The notes under the pieces are model-generated. The model was not told the origin of the DNA, did no database searches, and saw only the letters and a list, made by a program, of their open reading frames with translations. 64,000 nucleotides of DNA, taken from the NCBI GenBank assembly GCA_964596735.1, contig CAZQVF010000001.1:74135-138134 (forward strand), in the 5' to 3' direction. The position numbers and the translations under genes are program-made. Numbering within the stretch: position 1 is the stretch's first letter; each line of letters starts with the position of its first letter. Positions 56,680-64,000 of this stretch are shown here, piece by piece. The DNA is from an uncultured Gammaproteobacteria bacterium. Its GTDB lineage: Bacteria > Patescibacteriota > Patescibacteriia > UBA2591 > UBA6264.

Positions 56680-56787
56680 AGGCGAAAATTGAATAATTTC
56701 AAAGAAACAGAGTTTGTAAGGTTAGGTAAAAGTGTAATGGAAATGAACAATTGTTCTTTTCCTGAAGTAGCTGAGCAATTGATTTTC
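56680..56787 (+). CDS. putative 35-aa small ORF (TTG start) with a perfect SD
   Basis: AAGGAGG 7 nt upstream of TTG; encodes MNNFKETEFVRLGKSVMEMNNCSFPEVAEQLIFAG. The stop codon lies in the loop of a perfect 8-bp hairpin (TCGCAGGA-tgagg-TCCTGCGA, 56777-56797). Confidence 0.3.
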
Positions 56788-56860
56788 GCAGGATGAGGTC
56801 CTGCGAAATACAGAAGGGATAACGTTGCTGAAATAGACCGTAAAAACAAAGGAGAAACGA

Positions 56861-57127
56861 ATGGCCTATGAATTAAACTGTAATGGAGAAGGTGGACCCA
56901 GGCAAAAGAGATTAAAGATTTGGTTAGAGAAGAATAATCGGATCAAGGTTGAGTGCACAGAGGAGGGGGTTATTATAACCAACATCTGTTGCAAAGGTTT
57001 ACGGGTAAGGCCTAATAGAGACGGATTACTTAAAACGATTCGCAAGGGAAAATCGACTGGTCTATTGACCAAAGGACAAAATGTTTTCATCGAAGGAAAT
57101 ACGTTCCAGGTCCAACCGGTCGCTTAA
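56861..57127 (+). CDS. hypothetical 88-aa Cys-rich protein
   Basis: AAAGGAG SD 7 nt upstream of the ATG; the sequence has paired cysteines (NCNGEGG, VECTEEG, ICCKG); followed by a 12-bp perfect hairpin (GTCCCTGACCAG-catagt-CTGGTCAGGGAC). Confidence 0.45.
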   Translation: MAYELNCNGEGGPRQKRLKIWLEKNNRIKVECTEEGVIITNICCKGLRVRPNRDGLLKTIRKGKSTGLLTKGQNVFIEGNTFQVQPVA

Positions 57128-57236
57128 TAAAGCGGGCGAGACACATTTTAAATGTCCCTGACCAGCATAGTCTGGTCAGGGACAATCCATTCAACTTGAT
57201 TTATTAGATTTAATTTGTTAATATTTTTAATTATAC

Positions 57237-57326
<90 letters not shown>

Positions 57327-57336
57327 TAAATTTAAT

Positions 57337-57864
57337 ATGTCAACAATCATCATTTTAATAATTCTTTTTTTCTTTCTTTTTTGTGCAATAACCCTATTCT
57401 GGGCGACTCTGTCTTTAGCTCCTTGGGTGCCTTCCAGAAAGAGAGATTTAAAAAGGATTTTTAAAATAGCAGATTTAAAACCTAATGATACCTTCTATGA
57501 CCTAGGTTGTGGTAATGGTAGAATTATTTTTTACGCCAATAGGAATTTTCAAGTAAAATCAATTGGTATAGAATTAGCTCTACCTCTTTTTTTAATCTGT
57601 AAGATTCGTCAGATTTTCCATTCAAACGAAAACATCATTTTTAAGTATAAAAGTTTATTTAAAGAAGATATGTCCAAAGCAGACGTCATTTATGTATTTG
57701 CCCTGCCCAAGTCTCTTGAAAAAAAATTAAAACAAAAATTAGAAAGAGAATTAAAGCCAGGAGCAAGGGTAATCTCATATTGTTTTTCTATTAAAGGACT
57801 GAAGCCTAAAATTATAGATAAACCAGATCAAAAAGCAAACTCAATTTATTTGTATCAGTTTTAA
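57337..57864 (+). CDS. membrane-anchored class I SAM-dependent methyltransferase (canonical GxGxG)
   Basis: N-terminal TM then FYDLGCGNGRIIFYA (motif I) and ADVIYVFALP; start set at the ATG at 57337, since the track ORF 57265 runs through the tRNA-Ser. Confidence 0.55.
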   Translation: MSTIIILIILFFFLFCAITLFWATLSLAPWVPSRKRDLKRIFKIADLKPNDTFYDLGCGNGRIIFYANRNFQVKSIGIELALPLFLICKIRQIFHSNENIIFKYKSLFKEDMSKADVIYVFALPKSLEKKLKQKLERELKPGARVISYCFSIKGLKPKIIDKPDQKANSIYLYQF

Positions 57865-57931
57865 TTAATAAGCTTGATTTTTTCCTAAATTTCGTTAAAA
57901 TTGAATTACTTTAATTATAAATACTAAAATT

Positions 57932-60637
57932 ATGTTTCAAAGAAAACTCATCATTGGATTAATCGTTTTTTTATTCATTTTATTACTACCAAGTTTTTTT
58001 CACTTTTTAACAGACTTTTGGTGGTTTAAAAATATTGGATATCAAAACATTTTATTAACTATTCTTAAAACAAAAATTTTCTTAGGACTGGCCATTGGTT
58101 TATTTAGTTTCCTAATACTTTATTTCAACAGCCTCTTTGTTAAGAGACTGCTAAAATCAAAAACAGACGTAATCACTATTAGGCCGGGACTTCAATTAAA
58201 ACTAAATTTTGCCTTAGTTTATTCTTTAATCCTTGGCTTTTTTATTGGACTTAGCTCGATTGGCCAATGGGATGTTGTTTTAAAATATTTTAATTCAACC
58301 CTCTTTAATGTTGCCGATCCTATTTTCAGTAAAGATATTTCTTTTTATTTTTTCTCTTTACCGTTTATCCAGTTTTTAATCAATCTTGGCTTTTGGTTGG
58401 TTATTTTCTGTTTTGTCTTTCTGGTTATTAATTTTCTTATCTCAAAAGGAAAATCTTTATTAACTCTTAACAAAACAATACTTAAAGACAAGAAGGTTAG
58501 ACAATATTTTTGTTTTTTAGCCACTCTCTTTTTTATTTTAGTGGCCCTTAACTTGGCTTTAATTAAGATTCCTTCTTTAATTTATCGTTCTACTAATTCT
58601 TTTGATGGGGCTGGCTATGCTGACTTACACACTGCTCTGCCCTTTTTAAAGGTATTATTTATTGTTGCTTTAATCACCACATTAGCGTTTTTAATTAATA
58701 TTTTTAAAGACTCGACTCGTTTAATTTCTTTCAGTATTGGCCTTTATTTGCTTGTGGCTATTGCCGGGGTATGGTTGGCTCCGGCTCTTTTACAAAGATT
58801 TGTTGTTCTGCCCAATGAACTGGTTAAAGAAACGCCATATATAGAATATGGTATTGCCGCGACCAGACAGGCTTTTGCGCTTGATCAGGTGGTTGAGAGA
58901 GAGTTAAGCGGGGAAACGAGCTTAAGCATGGATGATATTAATAATAATGCCTCGACAATTAAAAATGTTCGGCTTTGGGACAGGGAACCATTGCTTGATA
59001 CCTTTGGACAGATTCAAGAAATCAGAACTTATTACGACTTTGTTTCAATTGATAATGACCGTTATTTACTTGGAGATGATTATCGTCAGGTCTTGTTATC
59101 GCCCCGGGAGCTTAACTCAGCGAGCTTACCTCAACGCAATTTTATTAATGAACAATTAACCTTTACCCACGGTTATGGGTTAACCTTAGGACCAGTTAAT
59201 GAGGTTACTCCCGAAGGGTTGCCAGTCTTGTTTATAAAAGACCTACCCCCGGTTTCTAATATAGAATCCCTTGCCATTACTCAACCAGGAATATATTATG
59301 GAGAACTTTCTAATGAATATGTAATTGTTAATACCAAGTCTAAGGAATTTGATTATCCAGCTGGAGACGAAAACGTTTTTGCCAATTATCAAGGGGAAGG
59401 GGGAGTTAAATTAGATTCATTTTTCAAAAAACTACTTTTTGCCATTAAATTTAATTCCTTAAAGATTATTTTGTCTAATGATATTACTGAAGATTCCCGG
59501 ATTATGTATTATCGAGACATTAGCACCCGCCTGGAAAAGCTTTTGCCATTTTTAAAGTTTGATAAGGACCCTTATTTAGTCATTACTAATGAAGGCAGGC
59601 TTAAGTGGATAGCCGACGCTTATACCTTAAGTAATCGTTATCCTTATTCGCAATCTATTGCTGACGTTAATCCTGCTCAATCAGATGGATTTATTGTTCA
59701 GCAACATCTTAATTACATTAGAAACTCAGCCAAAGTAGTAATGGATGCTTATAACGGAGATATGCAAATCTATTTAGCTGATTCAACAGACCCGATGATC
59801 CAAACTTTTTCTAAAATTTTCAAAAATACGTTTTTACCCTTGGGTGAAATGGATGATAATTTAAAAGCCCATTTGCGATATCCAGAAGAAATATTTAATT
59901 ATCAGACCAAGATTTATTCTATTTATCATATGGGTGAAGTTCAGATTTTCTATAACAAAGAAGATCAATGGGAGATTCCCCGTTTAGCTTATTCAGGGAA
60001 GACTGATCCAATGATGAGAAGAATGATTATGAAACTACCAGAAGAAGACAAGGAAGAATTTATTCTTATGATTCCTTTTACGCCTCGGGGAAAAGATAAT
60101 TTATCAGCTTGGATGGTGGCTCGCAATGACGGAGAACATTATGGAAAATTAGTTGTTTATCGTTTTCCAAAACAAAAATTAGTCTTTGGGCCGGAACAGA
60201 TTACTAATCGTATTAATCAAGATACGGAAATTTCCCAACAATTAACCTTATGGGATCAACGCGGCTCACAAGTAATTAAAGGAAATTTATTAGTCATTCC
60301 TATTGAAAAATCTCTACTTTATGTTCAACCAATATATTTAAAAGCAGAGGGAGGAAGAATTCCAGAATTAAAACGAGTGATTGTGGCTTATGAAAATAAG
60401 ATTGCCATGGAAGAAACATTAGATTCAGCCTTAGAAAGAATATTTAGTGGTCAAATCAAAATAACGCCCGATACATCTTTAAAAGAATTAAAAACAATCA
60501 CTAGTGATAAAAATCTAATCCAACAGGCGAAACAACACTATAACAACGCCTTAAAAGCTCAACAAAGAGGGGATTGGGCATTGTATGGTCAAGAGATTGA
60601 AAAGTTGGGAGAAATTTTAAAATCTTTGCCACAATAA
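57932..60637 (+). CDS. large polytopic membrane protein, UPF0182 (COG1615)-like
   Basis: 901 aa; N-terminal multi-TM region with a LTDFWWFKNIGYQNILLT motif reminiscent of UPF0182 proteins; a large soluble C-terminal domain. Confidence 0.45.
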   Translation: MFQRKLIIGLIVFLFILLLPSFFHFLTDFWWFKNIGYQNILLTILKTKIFLGLAIGLFSFLILYFNSLFVKRLLKSKTDVITIRPGLQLKLNFALVYSLILGFFIGLSSIGQWDVVLKYFNSTLFNVADPIFSKDISFYFFSLPFIQFLINLGFWLVIFCFVFLVINFLISKGKSLLTLNKTILKDKKVRQYFCFLATLFFILVALNLALIKIPSLIYRSTNSFDGAGYADLHTALPFLKVLFIVALITTLAFLINIFKDSTRLISFSIGLYLLVAIAGVWLAPALLQRFVVLPNELVKETPYIEYGIAATRQAFALDQVVERELSGETSLSMDDINNNASTIKNVRLWDREPLLDTFGQIQEIRTYYDFVSIDNDRYLLGDDYRQVLLSPRELNSASLPQRNFINEQLTFTHGYGLTLGPVNEVTPEGLPVLFIKDLPPVSNIESLAITQPGIYYGELSNEYVIVNTKSKEFDYPAGDENVFANYQGEGGVKLDSFFKKLLFAIKFNSLKIILSNDITEDSRIMYYRDISTRLEKLLPFLKFDKDPYLVITNEGRLKWIADAYTLSNRYPYSQSIADVNPAQSDGFIVQQHLNYIRNSAKVVMDAYNGDMQIYLADSTDPMIQTFSKIFKNTFLPLGEMDDNLKAHLRYPEEIFNYQTKIYSIYHMGEVQIFYNKEDQWEIPRLAYSGKTDPMMRRMIMKLPEEDKEEFILMIPFTPRGKDNLSAWMVARNDGEHYGKLVVYRFPKQKLVFGPEQITNRINQDTEISQQLTLWDQRGSQVIKGNLLVIPIEKSLLYVQPIYLKAEGGRIPELKRVIVAYENKIAMEETLDSALERIFSGQIKITPDTSLKELKTITSDKNLIQQAKQHYNNALKAQQRGDWALYGQEIEKLGEILKSLPQ

Positions 60638-60651
60638 AACAAAGCTATTAT

Positions 60652-62445
60652 ATGGACAATGTTGAAGAAATAAAATCAAAGATAGATGTTGTTGACCTTG
60701 TTTCAGAATATATTCAATTAAAACGTTCTGGAACAAGCTTTCGAGCCATTTGTCCTTTTCATCAAGAAAAAGCTCCATCATTTTTTGTTTCTCAAGAAAA
60801 GCAGATTTGGCATTGTTTTGGGTGTGGAAAAGGGGGAGATTTATTTGGTTTTTTAATGGAAATGGAGGGGATTGAATTTCCAGAAGCTTTGCGCATTTTA
60901 GCTCAAAAAGCAGGCGTAGAGATTCAAAGATATGACCGTCAAGCGGTTAGTCGAAAAACAAAATTACTTGACCTTAATCGTTGGGCAGCTGAATTTTATA
61001 ACAAAGTTTATTGGGAATCTCCCTTGGCCGAATCAGCCAGAAAATATTTAAAACAAAGAGGATTAGATAAAAAAATCACTAATCAATTTCAATTGGGTTA
61101 TGCGCCTGATAAATGGGATACTCTTTTAAAATTTTTATTAAAAAGAGGTTATCAAGAAAAAGATATAGAAGCGGCTGGTTTAATTGTTGTAAAACAATCA
61201 AGAGCTGGTAATCAAAATTCAGGTTACTATGACCGTTTTCGCAATCGCATCATTTTTCCCATTGCTGATTTACATGATCAAGTAATTGGTTTTACTAGTC
61301 GAATTTTACCTGGAGCTAAAGATGAAGATAAAACAGCTAAGTATATTAATACGCCAGAGACCTTGATCTATAACAAGAGCCGGGTTTTGTATGGTTTAAG
61401 TAAAGCTAAAATTGAAGCAAGAAAGCAAGACCAAATGATCTTGGTTGAAGGAAATATGGATGTTTTGGCTTGTCATCAAGCTGGTTATGAAAACGTAGTC
61501 TGCACTTCAGGGACAGCTTTAACTCAGGACCAAATTAAAATCTTGCAAAGATATACAGAAAATATTGTTCTTGCCTTTGATGTTGATTTGGCTGGTCAAG
61601 CCGCTACTCAACGGAGCATTGATTTATTACTTCAGCAAGGCTTAAATGTTAAAGTATTAAAGCTAGGGCAAGGAAAAGACCCAGATGAGTTTATTCGCCA
61701 GGATTTAAAGGCTTGGAAAAAAGCGTTGAAAGAGCCTCAGGAAATTATGGAATATTATTTCTCTTTAGCTTTTAAAGATAAAGACCTAACCAAGGTTGAA
61801 CATAAAAAACAAATTAGCAAAGACCTTTTGCCCATTATTGTCAAATTAGGTGACCCAGTTGAAAAAGATCTTTGGCTAAGAAAACTAGGTGATAAGTTAA
61901 ATGTTTCAGAAATATCTTTACGTGACGCCTTAAGAAGGACTAAAAAACCCTATCTTCCTAAATCAGATTCAGGAGATTTGATCAAAGAAAAAGTTCCGGT
62001 AGAAGAGCAGGCTTCAGAGAAATTTTTAGCCCTAGTTTTAAAATATCCAGAAAAGGGAGAGGAATTTATAAAAAAAGTGGTTTTGGACATGTTTATCATG
62101 CCTCGCCCCCAAGATGTTGTCAGGGCTATTAAAGATTGTTATATTAAAAATAAAAAAATTGATTTTAAAAAGATTAAAAAAGAGGTTAAAGACAAACAGA
62201 TCCTTAATTATTTAGACTTTTTGCTTTTTTTAGCAGAAAAAGAATTTGCCAAATATGAAGACAAAGAAATCGACAAGGAATTAAATTGTTTTTTTTCTCT
62301 TTTAAAAAAGAGATTTTTGACTAAGAAAATGGAAAATTTTGTTCAAGAATTAAAAAAAGAAGAGGAAAAAGGGGATAAAAAAAAGATAGAAGAATTAAGT
62401 TTAAAAATAGTCAAACTTTCTCGGGAAATAGCAACCTGTCAATAA
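60652..62445 (+). CDS. dnaG: DNA primase
   Basis: CHC2 zinc finger ([30 protein letters not shown]), TOPRIM ([40 protein letters not shown]). Confidence 0.92.
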   Translation: MDNVEEIKSKIDVVDLVSEYIQLKRSGTSFRAICPFHQEKAPSFFVSQEKQIWHCFGCGKGGDLFGFLMEMEGIEFPEALRILAQKAGVEIQRYDRQAVSRKTKLLDLNRWAAEFYNKVYWESPLAESARKYLKQRGLDKKITNQFQLGYAPDKWDTLLKFLLKRGYQEKDIEAAGLIVVKQSRAGNQNSGYYDRFRNRIIFPIADLHDQVIGFTSRILPGAKDEDKTAKYINTPETLIYNKSRVLYGLSKAKIEARKQDQMILVEGNMDVLACHQAGYENVVCTSGTALTQDQIKILQRYTENIVLAFDVDLAGQAATQRSIDLLLQQGLNVKVLKLGQGKDPDEFIRQDLKAWKKALKEPQEIMEYYFSLAFKDKDLTKVEHKKQISKDLLPIIVKLGDPVEKDLWLRKLGDKLNVSEISLRDALRRTKKPYLPKSDSGDLIKEKVPVEEQASEKFLALVLKYPEKGEEFIKKVVLDMFIMPRPQDVVRAIKDCYIKNKKIDFKKIKKEVKDKQILNYLDFLLFLAEKEFAKYEDKEIDKELNCFFSLLKKRFLTKKMENFVQELKKEEEKGDKKKIEELSLKIVKLSREIATCQ

Positions 62446-62453
62446 TTTTTACT

Positions 62454-63815
62454 ATGCCTCAAAAGAAAAAAATAAAAAACAAAAAAAGACCATTGAAAAA
62501 GAAAAAACCCTTGAAGAAAAAGACAAAAAAGAAGGTTATTAAAAAGAAACAAAAGCTTTTGAAAAAGAGGTCAGTACATAGAAAAACTATAAAAAAGAAA
62601 AAAAGGATTTCCTTTAAAAAAAAGACGATTAAAAAAAAGGTATTAAAAAAACCAAAAAAGAAGTTAGTCAGCAAAAGCAAAAAACCTAAAATCAAAGCCA
62701 AGACAAAACCAAAACAAAAAGCGCCATTTAAAAAAAAGGCCCTGTCAATAAAATGGCCAGAGAAAGAGAGTCAGGAATTAATGGCTAAGGGAAAAAAAAG
62801 AGCTTTTGTTACAGAGAATGAGCTTTTTTATACTTTCCCTAGACTAGAAAAATATTTACCCCAATATGAAGAATTTCTAGATAATTTAGAAAAAGCAGGA
62901 ATCAAGGTGGCTGAATCAAAGCAAGGTCTTTTAGAAAAACCACAAGAAGAAAAAGGTAGTCAATTATTTTTTGACTTGACCCAACTTTCAGCTGATTCAG
63001 TTCAAATGTATTTAAAAGAGATTGGCCGCGTTCCTTTAATTAATTCAAAAGAAGAAGTCGTCCTCGCCAAAAGAAAGGACAGCGGAGATAGCAGAGCAGC
63101 TAAAAAGTTAATTGAAGCTAATCTTCGTTTAGTAGTTAGTATTGCTAAAAAATTTGCTGGCTATGGTTTAACCTTTTTAGATTTAATCCAGGAAGGTAAT
63201 GTCGGTCTTTTTAGGGCAGTAGAAAAATATGACTGGAGAAAGGGGTATAAGTTTTCTACTTATGCTACCTGGTGGATTAGACAGGCCATTATCAGGGCCT
63301 TGGCAGATCAATCACGAACTATTAGAATCCCTGTCCATGTGGTTGAAGTTTTAGGCAAGTTTCATCAAGCAGAGCGCTGGTTATTACAACAATTAGGGCG
63401 TCAGCCAACCCCTGAGGAGATTGCCGGAGAATTAGAAACATCAGTTGACGATGCAAGATATTTAATGAAAATCTCCCAGGATACAATATCTTTAGAAACC
63501 ACAGTTGGTGATGATGATGACAAAGACACAGAACTGCGTGACTTTATAGAAGATGTTAAAACAATTGCCCCAGACAGAGCCGCGGCCTTAATGCTTTTAA
63601 AAAAATATATTAAGGAAATTATTGTTGACCTTACTCCAAGAGAGCAGAGAATTCTAGAAATTCGTTTTGGCTTAATAGATGGAGTAGCCCATACTTTAGA
63701 AGAAGTCGGACAAGTTTTTGGTGTTACTAGAGAGAGAATTCGTCAAATTGAAGCTAGAGCTTTAGACAGGATTAGACAACTAAAAAGCATTAAGAAAATC
63801 AAAGACTATTATTAG
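62454..63815 (+). CDS. rpoD: RNA polymerase sigma factor RpoD (sigma70) with a lysine-rich N-terminal extension
   Basis: Region 2 ([37 protein letters not shown]), region 3 and region 4 ([23 protein letters not shown]); the first ~95 aa are almost all K, with R, P, L, I and V. Confidence 0.92.
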   Translation: MPQKKKIKNKKRPLKKKKPLKKKTKKKVIKKKQKLLKKRSVHRKTIKKKKRISFKKKTIKKKVLKKPKKKLVSKSKKPKIKAKTKPKQKAPFKKKALSIKWPEKESQELMAKGKKRAFVTENELFYTFPRLEKYLPQYEEFLDNLEKAGIKVAESKQGLLEKPQEEKGSQLFFDLTQLSADSVQMYLKEIGRVPLINSKEEVVLAKRKDSGDSRAAKKLIEANLRLVVSIAKKFAGYGLTFLDLIQEGNVGLFRAVEKYDWRKGYKFSTYATWWIRQAIIRALADQSRTIRIPVHVVEVLGKFHQAERWLLQQLGRQPTPEEIAGELETSVDDARYLMKISQDTISLETTVGDDDDKDTELRDFIEDVKTIAPDRAAALMLLKKYIKEIIVDLTPREQRILEIRFGLIDGVAHTLEEVGQVFGVTRERIRQIEARALDRIRQLKSIKKIKDYY

Positions 63816-63869
63816 ATTAAAATTTTTGGTATAATATTTATTACAATTTAATAAAATTATTTTAAACGT

Positions 63870-63907
63870 TCCGGAGTAGCTCAGTGGTTAGAGCAACTGG
63901 CTGTGGA
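63870..63907 (+). tRNA. tRNA-like 5' half (acceptor + D-arm + anticodon stem) with no 3' half visible; possibly intron-containing or truncated by the window end
   Basis: TCCGGAG-TA-GCTCAGTGGTTAGAGC-A-ACTGG-CTGTGGA is a textbook tRNA 5' half, but no complementary CCAGT, T-arm or acceptor 3' strand follows within the remaining 90 nt. Confidence 0.3.
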
Positions 63908-64000
63908 AATCCTGTTCGCTATTATTTAATTATTATGTCGGACAAAAGAAAATACGCTGATCGCCGAGAATATTTAATAAAAGCTGTTGCCAAAAGAAGA

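Noticed and set aside
56661-56849. 62-aa minus-strand ORF in the 56.6-56.9 kb leader region
   Set aside because: Overlaps a + strand promoter, SD-preceded ORFs and hairpins. It has no SD or promoter of its own.

Overview
This window looks like a low-GC, gene-dense, streamlined bacterial chromosome with the hallmarks of a Candidate Phyla Radiation (Patescibacteria-like) genome. Core genes, in order: a pyruvate:ferredoxin oxidoreductase locus (ferredoxin-porG-porD-porA), ybeY, ftsA, ftsZ, a 1537-aa acidic coiled-coil/membrane giant protein, gyrB, secE-nusG-rplK-rplA, tmk, cysS, corA, murB, infA-rpmJ-rpsM-rpsK-rpsD-rpoA-rplQ-rplM, def, tRNA-Gly and tRNA-Thr, an FtsE-like ATPase with archease-rtcB, groES-groEL, an intein-containing ppsA, tRNA-Ser, a UPF0182-like membrane protein, dnaG and rpoD. 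The standout is a ~17.7 kb same-strand array at 30591-48289. It holds 19 diverged paralogous domains in 18 genes, each ~280 aa, that look like class I SAM-dependent methyltransferases with a non-canonical motif I (LVLGATPE in place of the GxGxG loop). Junctions are mostly stop-ATG overlaps or 1-4 nt gaps. The array includes one frameshifted copy on an A7 run, one fused two-domain copy and one recent duplicate pair. A Nif3-like gene with its own promoter sits inside the array. A PflX-like radical SAM enzyme is translationally coupled to the end. A GC-richer divergent PLP-dependent enzyme lies upstream and a secreted thioredoxin-like CxxC protein downstream. Other notable items: a 26-49 nt CTTGAAATTAAA-containing motif that fits a sigma70 promoter, present six times upstream of genes plus twice inverted; RpoA lacking a recognisable alpha-CTD and ending in a lysine-rich repeat tail; a LAGLIDADG intein in PpsA at the phosphohistidine motif; a GC-rich island at 11.5-12.1 kb; a promoter-driven pair of small ORFs with strong SDs at 56.6-57.2 kb; and a tRNA-like 5' half at the window edge. 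No CRISPR array, transposase or IS element was seen.
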